Source of the DNA: the human T2T-CHM13v2.0 reference genome, Homo sapiens
DNA: 64,000 nucleotides
Reading direction: 5' to 3' (one strand)
NCBI RefSeq assembly: GCF_009914755.1
Contig: NC_060926.1
Shown here: piece after piece, positions 16,262 through 31,780 of the stretch
Layout: every line of letters starts with the position of its first letter
Numbering within the stretch: the stretch's first letter is position 1
Notes under the pieces: generated by a model
Told to the model about the DNA's origin: nothing
Databases searched by the model: none
What the model saw: only the letters and a program-made list of their open reading frames with translations
Program-made: the position numbers and the translations under genes

Positions 16262-16640
16262 GCCTGGCCTAGGCACCTCGTCCTGTTAGAGGAGGGCACA
16301 GCTGCCTGCTGCCCCTCCTTCCCCATCTCTGCCTCTCTAATCTTCCTTGAGGAAGATTCCATCAGAGGTTTTAGTTACATATTCCTACACCATGCCTGGA
16401 ACATAGTAGGTACTCAATAAATCCAACTTTTCCTGAGTTAGTGGTGAGGAAAAGCTGGACTCAGGATCAGGCTGCCTGTGAAGTCTGGCCTGTAGCTTGC
16501 CAGCTGTCCCAGCTTCAGGGTCCTCACACCCAGATGTGTGTGTAGTAACAGAGCACTTCTTGCCTGCAACAGTGCCTGGTTCCCAGTGTATGCCAGTTGA
16601 CTGATCCGTATTATTATTTTATCTTAAGAGGACTTCCAGC
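16262..16640 (+). repeat. Left arm of ~380-bp inverted duplication
   Basis: Reverse complement of 18752-19152; hand alignment gives one mismatch over 16311-16483. Confidence 0.95.
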
Positions 16641-16726
16641 CTCCAGAACTGTTGATGAATAAATGTTTGCTGTTTAAGCTACCAGTGTGTGATACTTTGT
16701 TATGGCAGCTTGAACAGACCAGAATA
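16630..16726 (+). mobile_element. 3' fragment of MLT1-type LTR
   Basis: GGACTTCCAGCCTCCAGAACTG...AATAAATG...TTTAAGCTACCAG...TTTGTTATGGCAGC matches the MLT1 3' end. Confidence 0.7.
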
Positions 16727-16738
16727 TTTAGAAAATAA

Positions 16739-17052
<314 letters not shown>

Positions 17053-17332
17053 TAAAAAGAACTTCTAAGCAGACATTTGATAGAGCACTGACATGGGTGG
17101 ACGTTCATTCTGACCCATCTCTGTGCTGCGGTGGAGGCAGGCTGCTCTGGGAATGGCCGTGTGCAGGATTGCTGATGCCCGGGGTGGGGTGCCCTCCTGT
17201 TTAGAGAGGGGTGCTGTTACAGCAGTCAGGCTCTCTTTGATCTTTACCCATTGGTCTGCAGACTCCCCGTTAACCCTGGCAATGCTTCGCCATCTTATCT
17301 GCCCCCTTTCTTTCTTGGATTAAAAAGAGGCC

Positions 17333-18460
17333 CTAGGCAATACCATTCAGGACATAGGCATGGGCAAAGACTTCATGACTAAAACACCAAAAGCAATGGC
17401 CACAAAAGCCAAAATTGACAAATGGGATCTAATTAAACTAAAGAGCTTCTGCACAGCAAAAGAAACTATCATCAGAGTGAACAGACAACCTACAGAATGG
17501 GAGAAAATTTTTGCAATCTATCCATCTGACAAAGGGCTAATATCCAGAATCTATAAGGAACTTTAACAAGTTTATAAGAAAAAAGCAACCCCACTCAAAA
17601 AATGGGCAAAAGATATGAATGGACACTTCTCAAAAGAAGACATTTTTGCAGCCAACAAACATATGAAAAAAAGCTCATCATTAGAGAAATGGTCATTAGA
17701 GAAATGCAAATCAAAACCATAATGAGATACCATCTCATGCTAGTTAGAATGGTGATCATTAAAAAGTCAGGCAACAACAGATGCTGGAGAGGATGTGGAA
17801 AAATAGGCATGCTTTTACACTGTTGGTGGGAGTGTAAACCAGTTCAACCATTGTGAAAGACAGTGTGGCGATTCCTCAAGGATCTAGAACAAGAAATACC
17901 ATTTGACCCAACAATGCCATTACTGGGTATATAACAAAAGGATTATCAATTATTCTACTATAAAGACGCATGCACACGTATGTTTATTGCAGCACTGTTC
18001 ACAATAACAAAGACTTGGAACCAACCCAAATGCCCATCAATGATAGACTGGATAAAGAAAACATGGCACATATACACCATGGAATACTATACAGCCATCA
18101 AAAAGGATGACTTCATGTCCTTTGCAGGGACATGGATGAAGCTGGAAACCATCATTCTCAGCAAACTAACACAGGAACAGAAAACCAAACACTGCTTGTT
18201 CTCCCTCATAAGTGGGAGTTGAACAGTGAGAGCACATGAACACAGGGAGGGGAACATCACACACTGGGGCCTGCCAGGGGGTTGGGGGTTAGGGGAGGGA
18301 TAGCATTAGGAGAAATACGTAATGTAGATGACGGGTTGATGGGTGCAGCAAACCACCATGGCTCTTGTATACCTATGTAACAAACCTGCATGTTCTGCAC
18401 ATGTATCTCAGAACTTAAAGTATAATAATAAAAAAAAAAAAGGGAGAAAAAAAAAAAAAG
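17333..18460 (+). mobile_element. 5'-truncated L1PA (about PA7), ORF2 C-terminus plus 3'UTR and poly(A)
   Basis: ORF fragments [29 protein letters not shown] and MFIAALFTITKTWNQPKCPS are L1 ORF2p, broken by stops and frameshifts; TSD AAAGAGGCC at 17324-17332 and 18461-18469. Confidence 0.96.
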
Positions 18461-18751
18461 AAAGAGGCCTTCTGGAAGTTGTGTTCTAACCCCTGTGAAG
18501 ATCAGTGTTTTGCATGTAGCTTTGGAGATGCGATGGGAGTGTGAAAAGTCACTTACTGTTTGGGTCTGTGCTAAGAGCCCACCCACTTCGTGCCAGTGGA
18601 GCACCTCCTGCAGCATTCCACAAGGAGTGCCGTCTCTAGATAGCATGTGAGAGGGTGGGCAGCACGGGTCAGTGTGGAGACCCAGGTGCCATGTCCCCAC
18701 CTGCAAGACTGGATTCTAGCTTTTATTTTGTCCCAACCCCTCATTTGGACA

Positions 18752-19152
18752 CAGCTGGATTCCTCTCTTAAGATAAAATAATAATACGGATCACTTAATA
18801 ATAATACGGATCCCAGTGGCATACACTGGGAACCAGGCACTGTTGCAGGCAAGAAGTGCTCTGTTACTGCACACACGTGTGGGTGTGAGGACCCTGAGGC
18901 TGGGAGAGCTGGCAGGCTACAGGCCAGGCTTCACAGGCAGCCTGATCCTGAGTCCAGCTTTTCCTCACCACTAACTCAGGAAAAGTTGGATTTATTGAGT
19001 ACCTACTATGTTCCAGGCATGGTGTAGGAATATGTAAGTAAAACCTCTGATGGAATCTTCCTCAAGGAAGATTAGAGAGGCAGAGATGGGGAAGGAGGGG
19101 CGTCAGGCAGCTGTGCCCTCCTGTATCAGAACGAGGGGCTGTCGGGCCAGGC
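18752..19152 (-). repeat. Right arm of inverted duplication
   Basis: Reverse complement of 16262-16640; carries an extra internal ~20-bp tandem copy AATAATAATACGGATC at 18777-18812. Confidence 0.95.
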
Positions 19153-20639
19153 TGAGGAGGACAGAGGCTGCAGAACCCCAGAGAGTCTCAGCTCTCCAGC
19201 CCAGGTGCAGCTGCCCCTTGGGCAGACAGCCTGGAACACATCTGCTCATTAGTAGCCTACCCAGGCAGCTGGCCGAGCGCCTGTCCCTGAAGGCCTCCCT
19301 GAGCTCAGAGGCTCCCGAGCCCTGGCACTGTGGGTGCAATCCCCAGAGCTGCTTTCCCAGGCTCGTTGCACAGGCAAGTGCAGCCCAGGTGTCTGACAAC
19401 TTTGGCTTCAGCGTCATGGCCTCCACATCGAAGCCGTTGTGGGACACCCAGGAGTCTGAGCTCAGCAGTGAGCTCGGAGCTTGAGCTTGAGCTTGGGTTG
19501 CAGAATCCAAAAATCAATTAATGTGGGGCTTGGGGGGAAATCTGTCTGACCGGTGGTTTGGCAAAATCTTCAATCACTGTGAGACAGAAGATGTGTGCTG
19601 CGTGCTGTGGCTATGGTGCGCATGGCTGCAGCTGCTGCCAAATAGGAAAGGCCCCCACAGTGCCTCCATCCCCCAGCCCTGCCTTTCCTCCCAAGTGCAG
19701 TGGGGGTGTCTTGAGGCGAGGGGCTCTCTAGGCACTATGCCTCCTCCATAGTCCTCCAGACCCCCTTTACTTGAAGACTAAGCAACTAGCCCTTTGGCAG
19801 TCAGTTCTAAGGGTGAGGGGCCTGAAGTGTCAGCAAGGGTCAGAGCCAGGCGCCTGGCAGAGGCTGGAGGGGCAGAGGCAATGGTGATGGGAGCCAGTGA
19901 GGCCAGAGCATGAGCCAAATCTCCCCTCTGATCATTTTGGACCAAGTGCAGTGAGCATGAGTTGGAGGTGTCCTCAAATTGCAATCCTCTGGGGTCTTCC
20001 TCTGTCTCTTCTTTTCGGGTGAGTTTGGCAGCGGATGTGAGGAAGGTGCTCTTCATCAGTCGCTGGGTTCATGAATGGTCCTCATTTCCTGAATCCTTCT
20101 GGATCATTCTCTGAATTCAGCAGGGGCATGTCTCCCTGGGCTGACGGGTGGGGCTCCAGGTGCATCTGGCTGCAGCACTCTGGGAGGGGGCCCGAGGTGC
20201 ATGCAGATCTTGAGTGGGTCTCAGAGAAAGAGACACACAGGCCCCACATGCGTGTGCACACGCACACATGGGCATGAATGTGGGTACGAGGCATGTGTGC
20301 TCCACACGCTGACTTCACTGGGAACACTGACCCCAGCTGCAGAGAGACCGGAGCAAGGGCTGAGGGAGGCAGAGTGAAGGAGCGCTCATCCCTGGGAGGG
20401 CGCCTGGGAGGAGAAGTGAGTCATTGACCAGTGGTCATGGTGAGTTTGCCTTACGGAGCCATCTCTGGAGCCTGAGGTCACAGGGTCTCTGGAACTGGCC
20501 CTTCAAGTTCCTGGGAAGGGTTTTGACAGGGAAGTCGTCCACAAGGGCTTTCCCCCACTGGAACACTGCCTAGCCTTCTCAGAAACGCCCCATGTCTGTG
20601 GCAGGCTTGGTGTTCCTCCTGCCATTCCAGGCTTTCTGC

Positions 20640-20821
20640 TGCCCCTCCCCTCCCCTCCCCTCCCTTCCCCTCCCCTCTCCTCTCCTTTCCTTTCCTTTTT
20701 TTAAATAGAGATGGGGTCTCCTCATGTTTTCCAAACTGGTCGCAAACTCCTGGGCTCAAGCAGTCCTCCCACCTTGGCCTCCCAAAGTGCTGGGATTACA
20801 GGTGTGAGTCACCTTGCCCAG
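20640..20821 (-). mobile_element. FLAM/AluJ monomer with pyrimidine-rich tail
   Basis: Single-arm Alu text preceded by a (CCCCT)n / T-rich tract. Confidence 0.8.
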
Positions 20822-22830
20822 TAATTTGTGTAAGCATATACCTTGGATTCTCTACTAAACCGCCTAGTCTTGCCAGTCACTTCCTAGTCTTTCCTGCCTC
20901 CTGGCCTTCCTTTATCTCAGTCCCCTGCTGCCTGGAATGCTCTAATTCTCTCTCTTTCTCTCCCTCTTTTGTGTTTGTCAGAATCCTCATTGTTTTTTAA
21001 GCCCACTCAAGCCTCAAGCTCCACCTCTCCCAGGAAACATGGGGGCCTACTTTAGTCGAAGAAGACTCTTAGCTCTGAAGTTCTTTGAAATCATCTCTTC
21101 GCCTGAGGCTTCAGTTTCCTTACCTGTAAAAATGAGACAATACCATGTCATGGTTTGTTGTGAACATTCCCTGTGATGACCTTCATAACAGTGGCCAGCA
21201 CGCAGTAGGTTCTCAGTGAAATCCTCATTCCTTTCCTGCTTTACGCCAGGCACAAAAATACAGATGTGAGGTGCACCCCTGGCTTCTCAGGAGGGAGCAG
21301 GGCTGGGGTGGAGGAGGCCTGGGTGAGGGGTTCCATACCTACCCAGGGAAGGGAAGGGATGGCAGGAAGCCTTTGAGAAGACCTGCTACTGGGCTGGGTT
21401 TGAAGGACAGTTAGAGGCCATCAGGAGCACCCGAGGAGCAGGAGTACGGTGAGGCAGTGGGGCAGGAGGAGGACAGGCTGGGAAGATGGGAGACAGGTGG
21501 TGGGAGGGGCTGGGTGCGGGGCACTGTCGGGGGCAGCCGGAGAGAAGACGAGAGCCTGGACTTTATGAAGAGGTGAGGAAGTCACTGAAGGAGTTGAGGG
21601 CGGAGGCAACAAGTGGGAGAGGCTGAGCCAGGAGAGGCGGCTCAGTGGCCTGCAAGGGTGGGTGGGGACCAGTGGAAGGCAGCCCTGACTCAGGCTTAGT
21701 CAGAGGTCCTGGTCCAAGGTCCCCTGCCCGCTCCCCGCTCCCCGCTGCAGCCTCACAGTGCCCTTCCTGGAATAAAAGGTGGAAAATGAGAGTTTGCTGT
21801 TTGGGGCTGCCATTCAACTTGCCTGGGCAGGGAGGATGATGGCTGAGGGCCGCCAGCATCCACGGCCCTGCTCAGTCCCCATCTCCTTGCACCCACTGTG
21901 GTAACCAAGCTCCCCACCCTGACACCTGGCTTGTCTTTTCTGGGGTGGTTTCTCCCTCAGGGACTTCGCTCCTCTGTTCAGTCTCCGCCATTTGCACAGC
22001 CCCTCAGCTGAGTCGGTTTCAAGTGAGCAGAGCACACAGGGGCTTTGAACACCAGCCATGCCGGGCTGGGGAGGAGGGCAGGGAGGAGGAGTGTGGCAAA
22101 GGCAGCCACGTGCTCCACGTGTTCCTCTGGATGCCCCCGCTCCTCCTGGCGCCCCGTGAGGGTCTGTGTTGGTCCCTGTTGTGCCCTGATCCCCAGCACC
22201 ATGCCTGGGGAACCGTTAAATGAATGCTTATTGAACGCCAGGGTCACTGTCTCCAAGTCTCAGGTGTATCGCAGGTGCACAGTACCTGCCTCCGCCTTGG
22301 ATGCCTCTACCCCACCACAGTAGTATAATTGCCCAGGATGTGGGGCAGGGGCAGAGCGACAAGGGTTGGGGGAGATGACTCTCTCAGCCCTCCCCTCAGC
22401 AAGCCCTCTGCCAGAGTCTCACTCTGTCCTCCTCCGTGCATTCCGAGAGGTAAGCGCGACTAGGAGTGTGGGCCCAGGTGACCTACGACTGTTCGCGGGG
22501 GATGGGGCCGTCAGGAGGGGCGTGGCCTCCACTCCATGCCTCTGAAATGTGCTGGCCTCTGTCTGGAAATTGCTCATTTTTCTTACCACTGAGCTTGGCA
22601 GTCATTGGGGAATTTCTGGAGGGAGGGGGGATCCTGGAAGGAAACTACCGTGGGACCTGTTGTTTCCCCAGAAGCTCAAACACAAAGAGAGGATGGAGTG
22701 GAGGTGGTGCTGCAGAGGGGGCTGTTTTTTCCCTTAAGAACAAGCTGCCTCCTGTCGGAAAAAGGAAGGCCGTTATCCTTTCATCTCATGTTTTTTTCCT
22801 CCAACCCCGGGTCTCTGTGTGGGATTTCAG

Positions 22831-22881
22831 CAGCGGGAGAGCGGGTGGCAGGAGGTCTCTGCATGAAACAGCGGCAGTCAG
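22831..22881 (+). other. RALB: Candidate alternative upstream RALB exon with in-frame ATG at 22863 (MKQRQS...)
   Basis: Acceptor-like TTTCAG|CAG at 22830, ATG AAA CAG CGG CAG TCA G, donor CAG|GTGGGT at 22882; phase 1 matches the open frame at the start of exon 2. Confidence 0.6.
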
Positions 22882-22929
22882 GTGGGTGCCCGCCCTCGGT
22901 GTGGATTGCACTTCGAAGCCCCACAGTGA

Positions 22930-23508
<579 letters not shown>

Positions 23509-24159
23509 TGACCTCCTGGGTGTCTTTCCTCTCATGCCTTCTCCTGCATGTGCTGCTGAGTCAGTGTGAGGTTGGCTTCTGGGCACCTGGGTGAGTGTGT
23601 GGGGACTTGGGGAGACAGCATCTGGTGGGATTTCAGGCTGCCACATACTCAGCCTTTGGGTAGACAGAGAGAGCTGGGTTTTGGGGGACCGGAGGCCTAC
23701 TGCTAGGAACTGGGAACAGAAGCAAAGTCGGTGCCTACAGCTGGAAAGGAGGCAGCAGTCACAAGGACCCCAGATCCACTGTCACGGGGTGTGCGTTTGT
23801 CCTTAGTCCTGTGGGAGCTGACGGACGGGTTAACTTGGATGCACCAGCAGAAAGCCACAAGGCTGAGACTGCCCAGTGGCGAAAATCATGCACCATGTGT
23901 CTGGGCCCCTGCCTCCCACTCTCCCAGAAGGGCTCATCCTCGAGCCTGCCCAAGGGGAGAACAGAGGTGGCCCTGGCTGTAAATAATCCCCAAGAGCCAC
24001 AAGGCCCAAGGTCCCCTGCAGGGAGAGAAACAGCCTGTTTGCCTCCTAGGAGCCAGAAAGCTCAGGAGAGAATCTAGTTCACAGGGTGAAGATCCATGGA
24101 GTGCCTGCTATGAGCGGGGCTCGAAGGTGTGTGGGTCCAAAGAGGAAGGAAACAGCCTC

Positions 24160-25185
<1,026 letters not shown>

Positions 25186-25188
25186 TTA

Positions 25189-25776
<588 letters not shown>

Positions 25777-26447
25777 TCAACCTCTGTGAGAGAGAGCTCC
25801 CTTCGTTCTGATGCAGAAACCAAGGCTCAGAGGCATGCCTTTTCTCGCCCAAGGCTTTCACTGGTCTTTATGTCTCAGGTGAGCACTGATTTGGTGCATT
25901 GTGCTGGGCTGTAGCATTGGCACTCCGTCTGCCAGGGCTTCTGATTTCAGCTGGGGCCCCTCATGCACTCAAAACAAGAGAAGAGGACAAGGGCCATGTA
26001 ATTGGTCGTGAAAATGCGTGGACAGATCAGGGAGGCCTGAGTCATCAAGAAGGCTTCTTAGAGGAGGAAGTGGGAGAAGTCCAGAGGCTATGGCTGGGCC
26101 ACCACTCTCGCCCCAGCCCTTACCAGGACTCTGCTGGGTGGGAACAGGCTGTGTGGGATTCCTCAGGAGAAGGGCACATGCCACTGGAGCCATGGGGAGG
26201 AGCAGGGCCTGGGGAGCACCTCCCTCCATCCTCCTGGTGCAGGAGAGCTGCCACACACTGTCTCATTGGAGTCCCCAGCTGTCCTCACTGGGGGATCTTT
26301 TCACACCTGGGGAGGGAGTCCTTCTGCCTGAGAGCTGTGTCTTGGGCCTGCCACTCTGGCCTCCTCTCTCAGCAGCTGGGGGATTTGATGCTGTTGGTGG
26401 GTGTGGGCCCCTGAGATTTGCCCACCTGGAGATTCCTGGGCTTGGGT

Positions 26448-26578
26448 AGGGTTGTCAGATTTTGCAAATAAAAATACAACATGCCCAGTTAAATTTGAAT
26501 TTCAGATATAAAAATGCATCATTCTTCATATAAGTATGGCCCCTGTATTGCATCGGTATTTCATGTGGCAAGTCTAGT
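26448..26578. mobile_element. MER53-like hAT MITE fragment
   Basis: AGGGTTGTCAGATTT...AATACAACATGCCCAGTTAAATTTGAATTTCAGAT resembles the MER53 terminus. Confidence 0.6.
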
Positions 26579-26653
26579 CTTAGGGCTGTGTCCATTAGAG
26601 AAGGGGCAGTGGATGATGCTCTGGGTGTTCCAGGGCCTGCCACAGACATTGGC

Positions 26654-27030
26654 TGTATTAGTCTGTTCTCACACTACTATAAAGAACTACCCGAGACTGG
26701 GTAATTTATGAAGAAAAGAGGTTTAATTGACTCGCAGTTCCACAGGCTGTACAGGAACTATGGCTGGGGAGGCCTTGGGAAACTTACAATCATGGCAGGA
26801 AGTGAAGGGGAAGCAGGCACATCTTCACATGGCAACAGGAGACAGAGAGAAAAGGGGGAAGAGCAACACACTTGCAAACAACCAGATCTCGTGAAAACTC
26901 ACTATCATGAGAACAGCAAGGGGGAAATCTGCACCCATGATTCAATCACCTCCTACCAGATCTCAACCCCAATATGGAGATTGCAATTCCACATGAGATT
27001 TGGGTGGGGACACAGAGCCAAACCATATCA
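26654..27030 (-). mobile_element. MSTA-like MaLR solo LTR
   Basis: TGTATTAGTCTGTTCTCAC ... CCAAACCATATCA termini; 5-bp TSD TTGGC / TTGGA. Confidence 0.9.
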
Positions 27031-27372
27031 TTGGACATCCAGGCCCAGGCCCAGGCTCAGGCCCAGCCCGTCCCGGCTCTGCCGAGACACATGAGGCAGC
27101 CTTGGTTGGAGCTGCCGCTCAGCTCAGTGGGAGCTGACCAGGCAGGTAGCAGGGGCTCATCATTACCTGCTGTGATGGCTCACAGCCTCTGTTCCTGCCA
27201 GTGTGCTGTGTGTCTCGCAGAGCCTCAGCGGGAGACTGGCACTGTCAGTAAGCTGGGGTCAGTAAGCTGAGCTCTGCATGGGCCTCCCCCATCTCCTGCC
27301 TGTGTCACCAAGGCCTCCTGAATAGCACCCCTTCATCCTTGAGTCTCCTAATCACCCTTCTAGCCATTCCCT

Positions 27373-27419
27373 CATCCATCCATCCATCCATCCATCCATT
27401 TATCTGTCCATCCGTCCAT
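27373..27419. repeat. (CCAT)n microsatellite
   Basis: CATCCATCCATCCATCC... run. Confidence 0.85.
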
Positions 27420-30328
27420 GGACAGATACTTGTTAAGACCTACTGTGGGCCAGATGCTGTGGCAGCCACTTTGATGTATAACACCCCAGCTGCTAGGAGG
27501 GATGAAAAGAATTCACAGATATGACCTCTGGTTAGCCAGAGGACCCAATTTCCCATGCTCAGGCATCAGGTGATCTGGGGAGAGATTGTCCAGAGGCAAC
27601 CTTTAGACACCAGCCACTCTAGGAAAGTTCCTGGAAGTAGCTTCAGGCTGTGATACAGTGGGAGCAGGAGCGCTGGGAGGCCAGGAGTCCCAAAAGTCAG
27701 GGAGCTGAGCTGGTTCTGCCAAAGGTGTGTGAGATGCTTCCCCCAGTGTTCTCTGTCTCTTTCGTCAGCCCTGGTGCCGAGTGCCCACTCAGGAAGAGGG
27801 AGAGCCGTGGGACCTTCGAGCCACGCTTATCTGGCTGCTGGTGCCTGGCACAGCTCCTGCAGATAGCAGAGGCTCAGCATGGGCTCGTTGACTGACTGTC
27901 ACTTTATAGATGAGAACACAAAGGTCCAGAGAGTGGAGGTAACCTGTTAGAGGTCACACAGCTTTGCAGCATGGGTGGGAAGGTGGTGGACTGGGACAGG
28001 GAGCACGGATATGGTTGTCAGGCATTCTTGCTTTCAGGCTTGGTCTGCCTCTCACCAGCTGCGTGATTTTGGAAAGACATTGAACTCTCAACCTGATAGG
28101 CCTCACCTGTAAAGAGGACGTCACAGCTCCCTCTCAGGCTGTGAGATCCTGAACTGCTGAGGGGAGGGGAGGAGTGCTCTGCAATGTCACTTGAGAGAGT
28201 CCTCATGGCCACACCTGCCCTAAACAAGCCCCTCAGGGCCTGCCGAGCCCTGGGCCTCTTCTACCTGTCTGGGGTCAAGGCAGGGAGCAGTGGGCCCCAG
28301 CAGCAGACAGCAGGAATCGGACCTCCTGCTAGTTGGCCTTCCTGGCGCCCTGCAGGAACCAGGAGGCCTTGCTCCGGGGTGTGTACAGCTGCCTGGAGAG
28401 CTTTCTGTGATTTATGGCCTGAGTGCCAAGGCTGGATTTACTGCCTGCACGGGTTGTGCAAGGAGGCCCCTCCCCCGGGGCAGGGTGTGGAGGGGAGGGA
28501 GCCCTGAGCCCCTGCCTCTGGAGCTTTCCCAGTGGGGACCAGGCCTTGGTGGGGACCTGCCAGAGATGCTGCCTTCCCACTGTGGAGCCCACCCCAATGT
28601 CATTGCTGCTTTATTTTCGTTCCTGTCTGCCAGAGTTCTTCTTAGCCATGGTAAAAAATTAAAACCCGATAGAAAATAGGGAATCGCCCTTTGATCCCCA
28701 CCCCAGAGATGCGCATTTTAATGGTTTGGTGGTCTTACCTCCTGGTGGAGCGAGGGTCTGGGGCCTTCTCAGGTATGTCCTTTTACCCCCCGACACCACC
28801 CCGCATTCCTCGAGCCTCTGACCCTTTGGCCTTGCCCTGCTCTCTAGCAGATGCGGGGAAGGAATGGGGCTGTCTATAAAAAAATCCACAGTTTAAAAAA
28901 TGCTGCTCATAAAAATTCACCAGGGCGGGGTTTGGCATTTGTGGGTGGGACAGAGTGACAGAGGCTGCATGGTGCTTTGGTGAGGGGCCAGTCCCAGTCC
29001 TGGGGTGGCCCATGGCACTGCCCCTCCTGAGGGCTGGAGGAGGAAGGGGGATGGGCTTGGGAGACAGAGGGGCATCCACTTGCCCTTTGAAGTGCACCCC
29101 ATCCCTGCCCCCATCCTAGAATCAGCCTCCAACAGTAAGCAGTGACTAAAGGGCCCTGAGGCCTCTGTGACCTCTTGACTCTCTGAGACCGGGGGTCTCC
29201 TCTATGAAGTGAGAATTGCTGTGAGGGGCCAGGAGAGCACAGCCGAACGTCTAACAGTGCCAAGCCCACCACCAACATCCTTTCCTTCCTCCTCCCCCTT
29301 CCTAACTCGGGTCTTCATGTCCTCTTTGTCTGTCTGTCCAGCCATCCAGAGCTAGCTGGCTGCTAGCGTCATGTGCATCTGCAGATCAGGAGCACCCCTG
29401 GGCCAAGGACCTGGATCCGCCTGGGTGCGGTCAGCATGTAGGATAGGTGGGCTGCAGTGTGGCTGTGGTTCCCCAGGGAAGGGCAGGTGTCTGTGACTGG
29501 ACCTTCAGGTGCTCTGCCGTTTAAAGGGCAGCAGAGGTCACGGGGACTGTGAGGGAGAGCCTGTGGCTGAGTGCAGTCCCCGCTGCGTCTGGTGTGGAGG
29601 CAGCATCCAAGGAAGCCCTTGTGATGCTGTCAAGAGGACAGCTTAGCTGGGGAGGGAGGGAGGGGCTGAGCAGGGTCCTGTCATGCCCTTGGATGAGGTT
29701 GGCTTCCTGGTAGGCTGCAAATCATATTTCACTTTGGAAAGAGCTCAGCGCGGAATCTAGACACTTGAATCTCATTTTATCTCGCAATGGAGTACTTCGC
29801 AGCTGTCACCCCGTGGCGGCTTTTATCTGGTTACCTGGAGGTCGGTACCAGATCTGCAGCTGTTGTTCCCGTGCAGGTTGTGGGAAGCCCAGAGCATGCG
29901 TCTGCGGGAAGAGGGAAGGGGGAGGACACGAGAGGACATGCAGTGGGGATGAGCAATAGTGAGGAAGGCGTATGTCTCAGTTACAAGACAGACTTGACTT
30001 CACTTCTGGGAGATAACTCTTTGTAAACTATGACAGCAGAAAGATAAGTCCAGCTAATTAAATAATTTAAAATTGAAATTGAGATGCATGGGTTTTTTTC
30101 CTAATGTGTTTCCCAAGTAGCTTTGTTCCTGTTGGAAGATGAAAGCTTCTCCTTTAGCAAATGACTTGGGCCTCTGACTTTCTAAGAGAGCAATTCCCAG
30201 GAACATCTGGTGAGTGCCTGCTGGCTGGCTGGGCTGTAGGGACCACCTTGAGAGATGGTGATGGGGAAAGAGAAGCCCTCAATACCACACTTAGGGAAAA
30301 GTGGTTTTTAAAGTCCCTCGTAAAGTCC

Positions 30329-30381
30329 TGACTTACCACAGTTTAGTGGCAATGACTTACCACAGTTTAGTGACAATGACT
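30329..30381. repeat. 24-bp tandem duplication
   Basis: TGACTTACCACAGTTTAGTG[G/A]CAA twice, plus a partial third copy. Confidence 0.9.
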
Positions 30382-31414
30382 AAACTGAGAAACAGAGTCA
30401 AGCGTTTGAATATGTTTGGGAATCAGTAAAGGGCAAGAGCTTTTTTTGGTAGCTGCCTGCAAAAGGCTGCAAGGAAAGGAAGGCTCAGGGCTACTGCTTA
30501 GGCGCTCCACGAGGGTTCCCGCGACGCATTGCCCTTACCTGGTGCTTTGCATGAGAACTCAGGAGTCTGAGCTTTTTTTGGATGAGGGGTAGATCCCTCC
30601 ATCCTAGTGATGTGAATTAAAGATCTTAGGTCCTCCTCTAAAGACCTCCCACAGCCTGGAACTTCAGGTTTTCATCAAGTGCCCAGGACGGAATGGGAAT
30701 GGAGCTGTAACTAGCCATTTATTCCTGCACGGGAATGAGCCTGTGCAACCCATGCCTGAGAACAGGACCAGACAGCAGGAAGTGAGGCGAGAACCTCTGG
30801 GCAGTGAGGGGTGGTGAAACGCAGAGGGGAAAGCTGAGAGAAGGGCCGAGGGCAAGCTCCTCTTGCTGTGGCTGCTTGGAATAGTGTCTGTCCAGAATCA
30901 TCAGCAGGTGAGAATGGCTGTTCCCCCATCTGTAGATTGGCAGCCTTTTTTCTTTTCTAATTGATGCGGTTACCAAAGATCAAATGCCCCCAGGGATGCC
31001 CACAGAAGCTTGCCGGGCCTCTTTCTAATAATACGGTCTATGAATACACTCCTGCCAGCTCATGGAAGCAAGTCTCCACTGCTGGCTGATGTTCTGGGAA
31101 ATCCATACCCTCCCCCATTTCCTTCCTGGCTTTTGAGTACCCATGTCCCTGGTGTCAAAGCACCTCTAGGGATCTAAACTTCAAACCTTGCCTCTGGTTC
31201 CTCTGGGGTTTGGCAGGAAGACTGTTCTGTTTGGTCTTCAGCTCTCTTCAGCTCTCTTGCTCCCTTCCTCCTGCAATCTCTCCAAATCTCTGATCTGAGA
31301 GCTGATTACCCTGTCTAGGACCCCACTGTGCGTGGACCCCCGGAACAGCATCCTAACCTCGGTTCCACATCCAACCCTCACAGCCCAATCTCCCCACCAC
31401 AGCCAGAGTAATGT

Positions 31415-31727
<313 letters not shown>

Positions 31728-31780
31728 GAGTAATCTTTTTAAAACCAAAATCAAAGCATGTCAGCCTCCTGTTTGAACCT

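Noticed and set aside
17360-18222. ORFs with clear protein homology
   Set aside because: Broken L1 ORF2p fragments of a 5'-truncated element, not a host gene.
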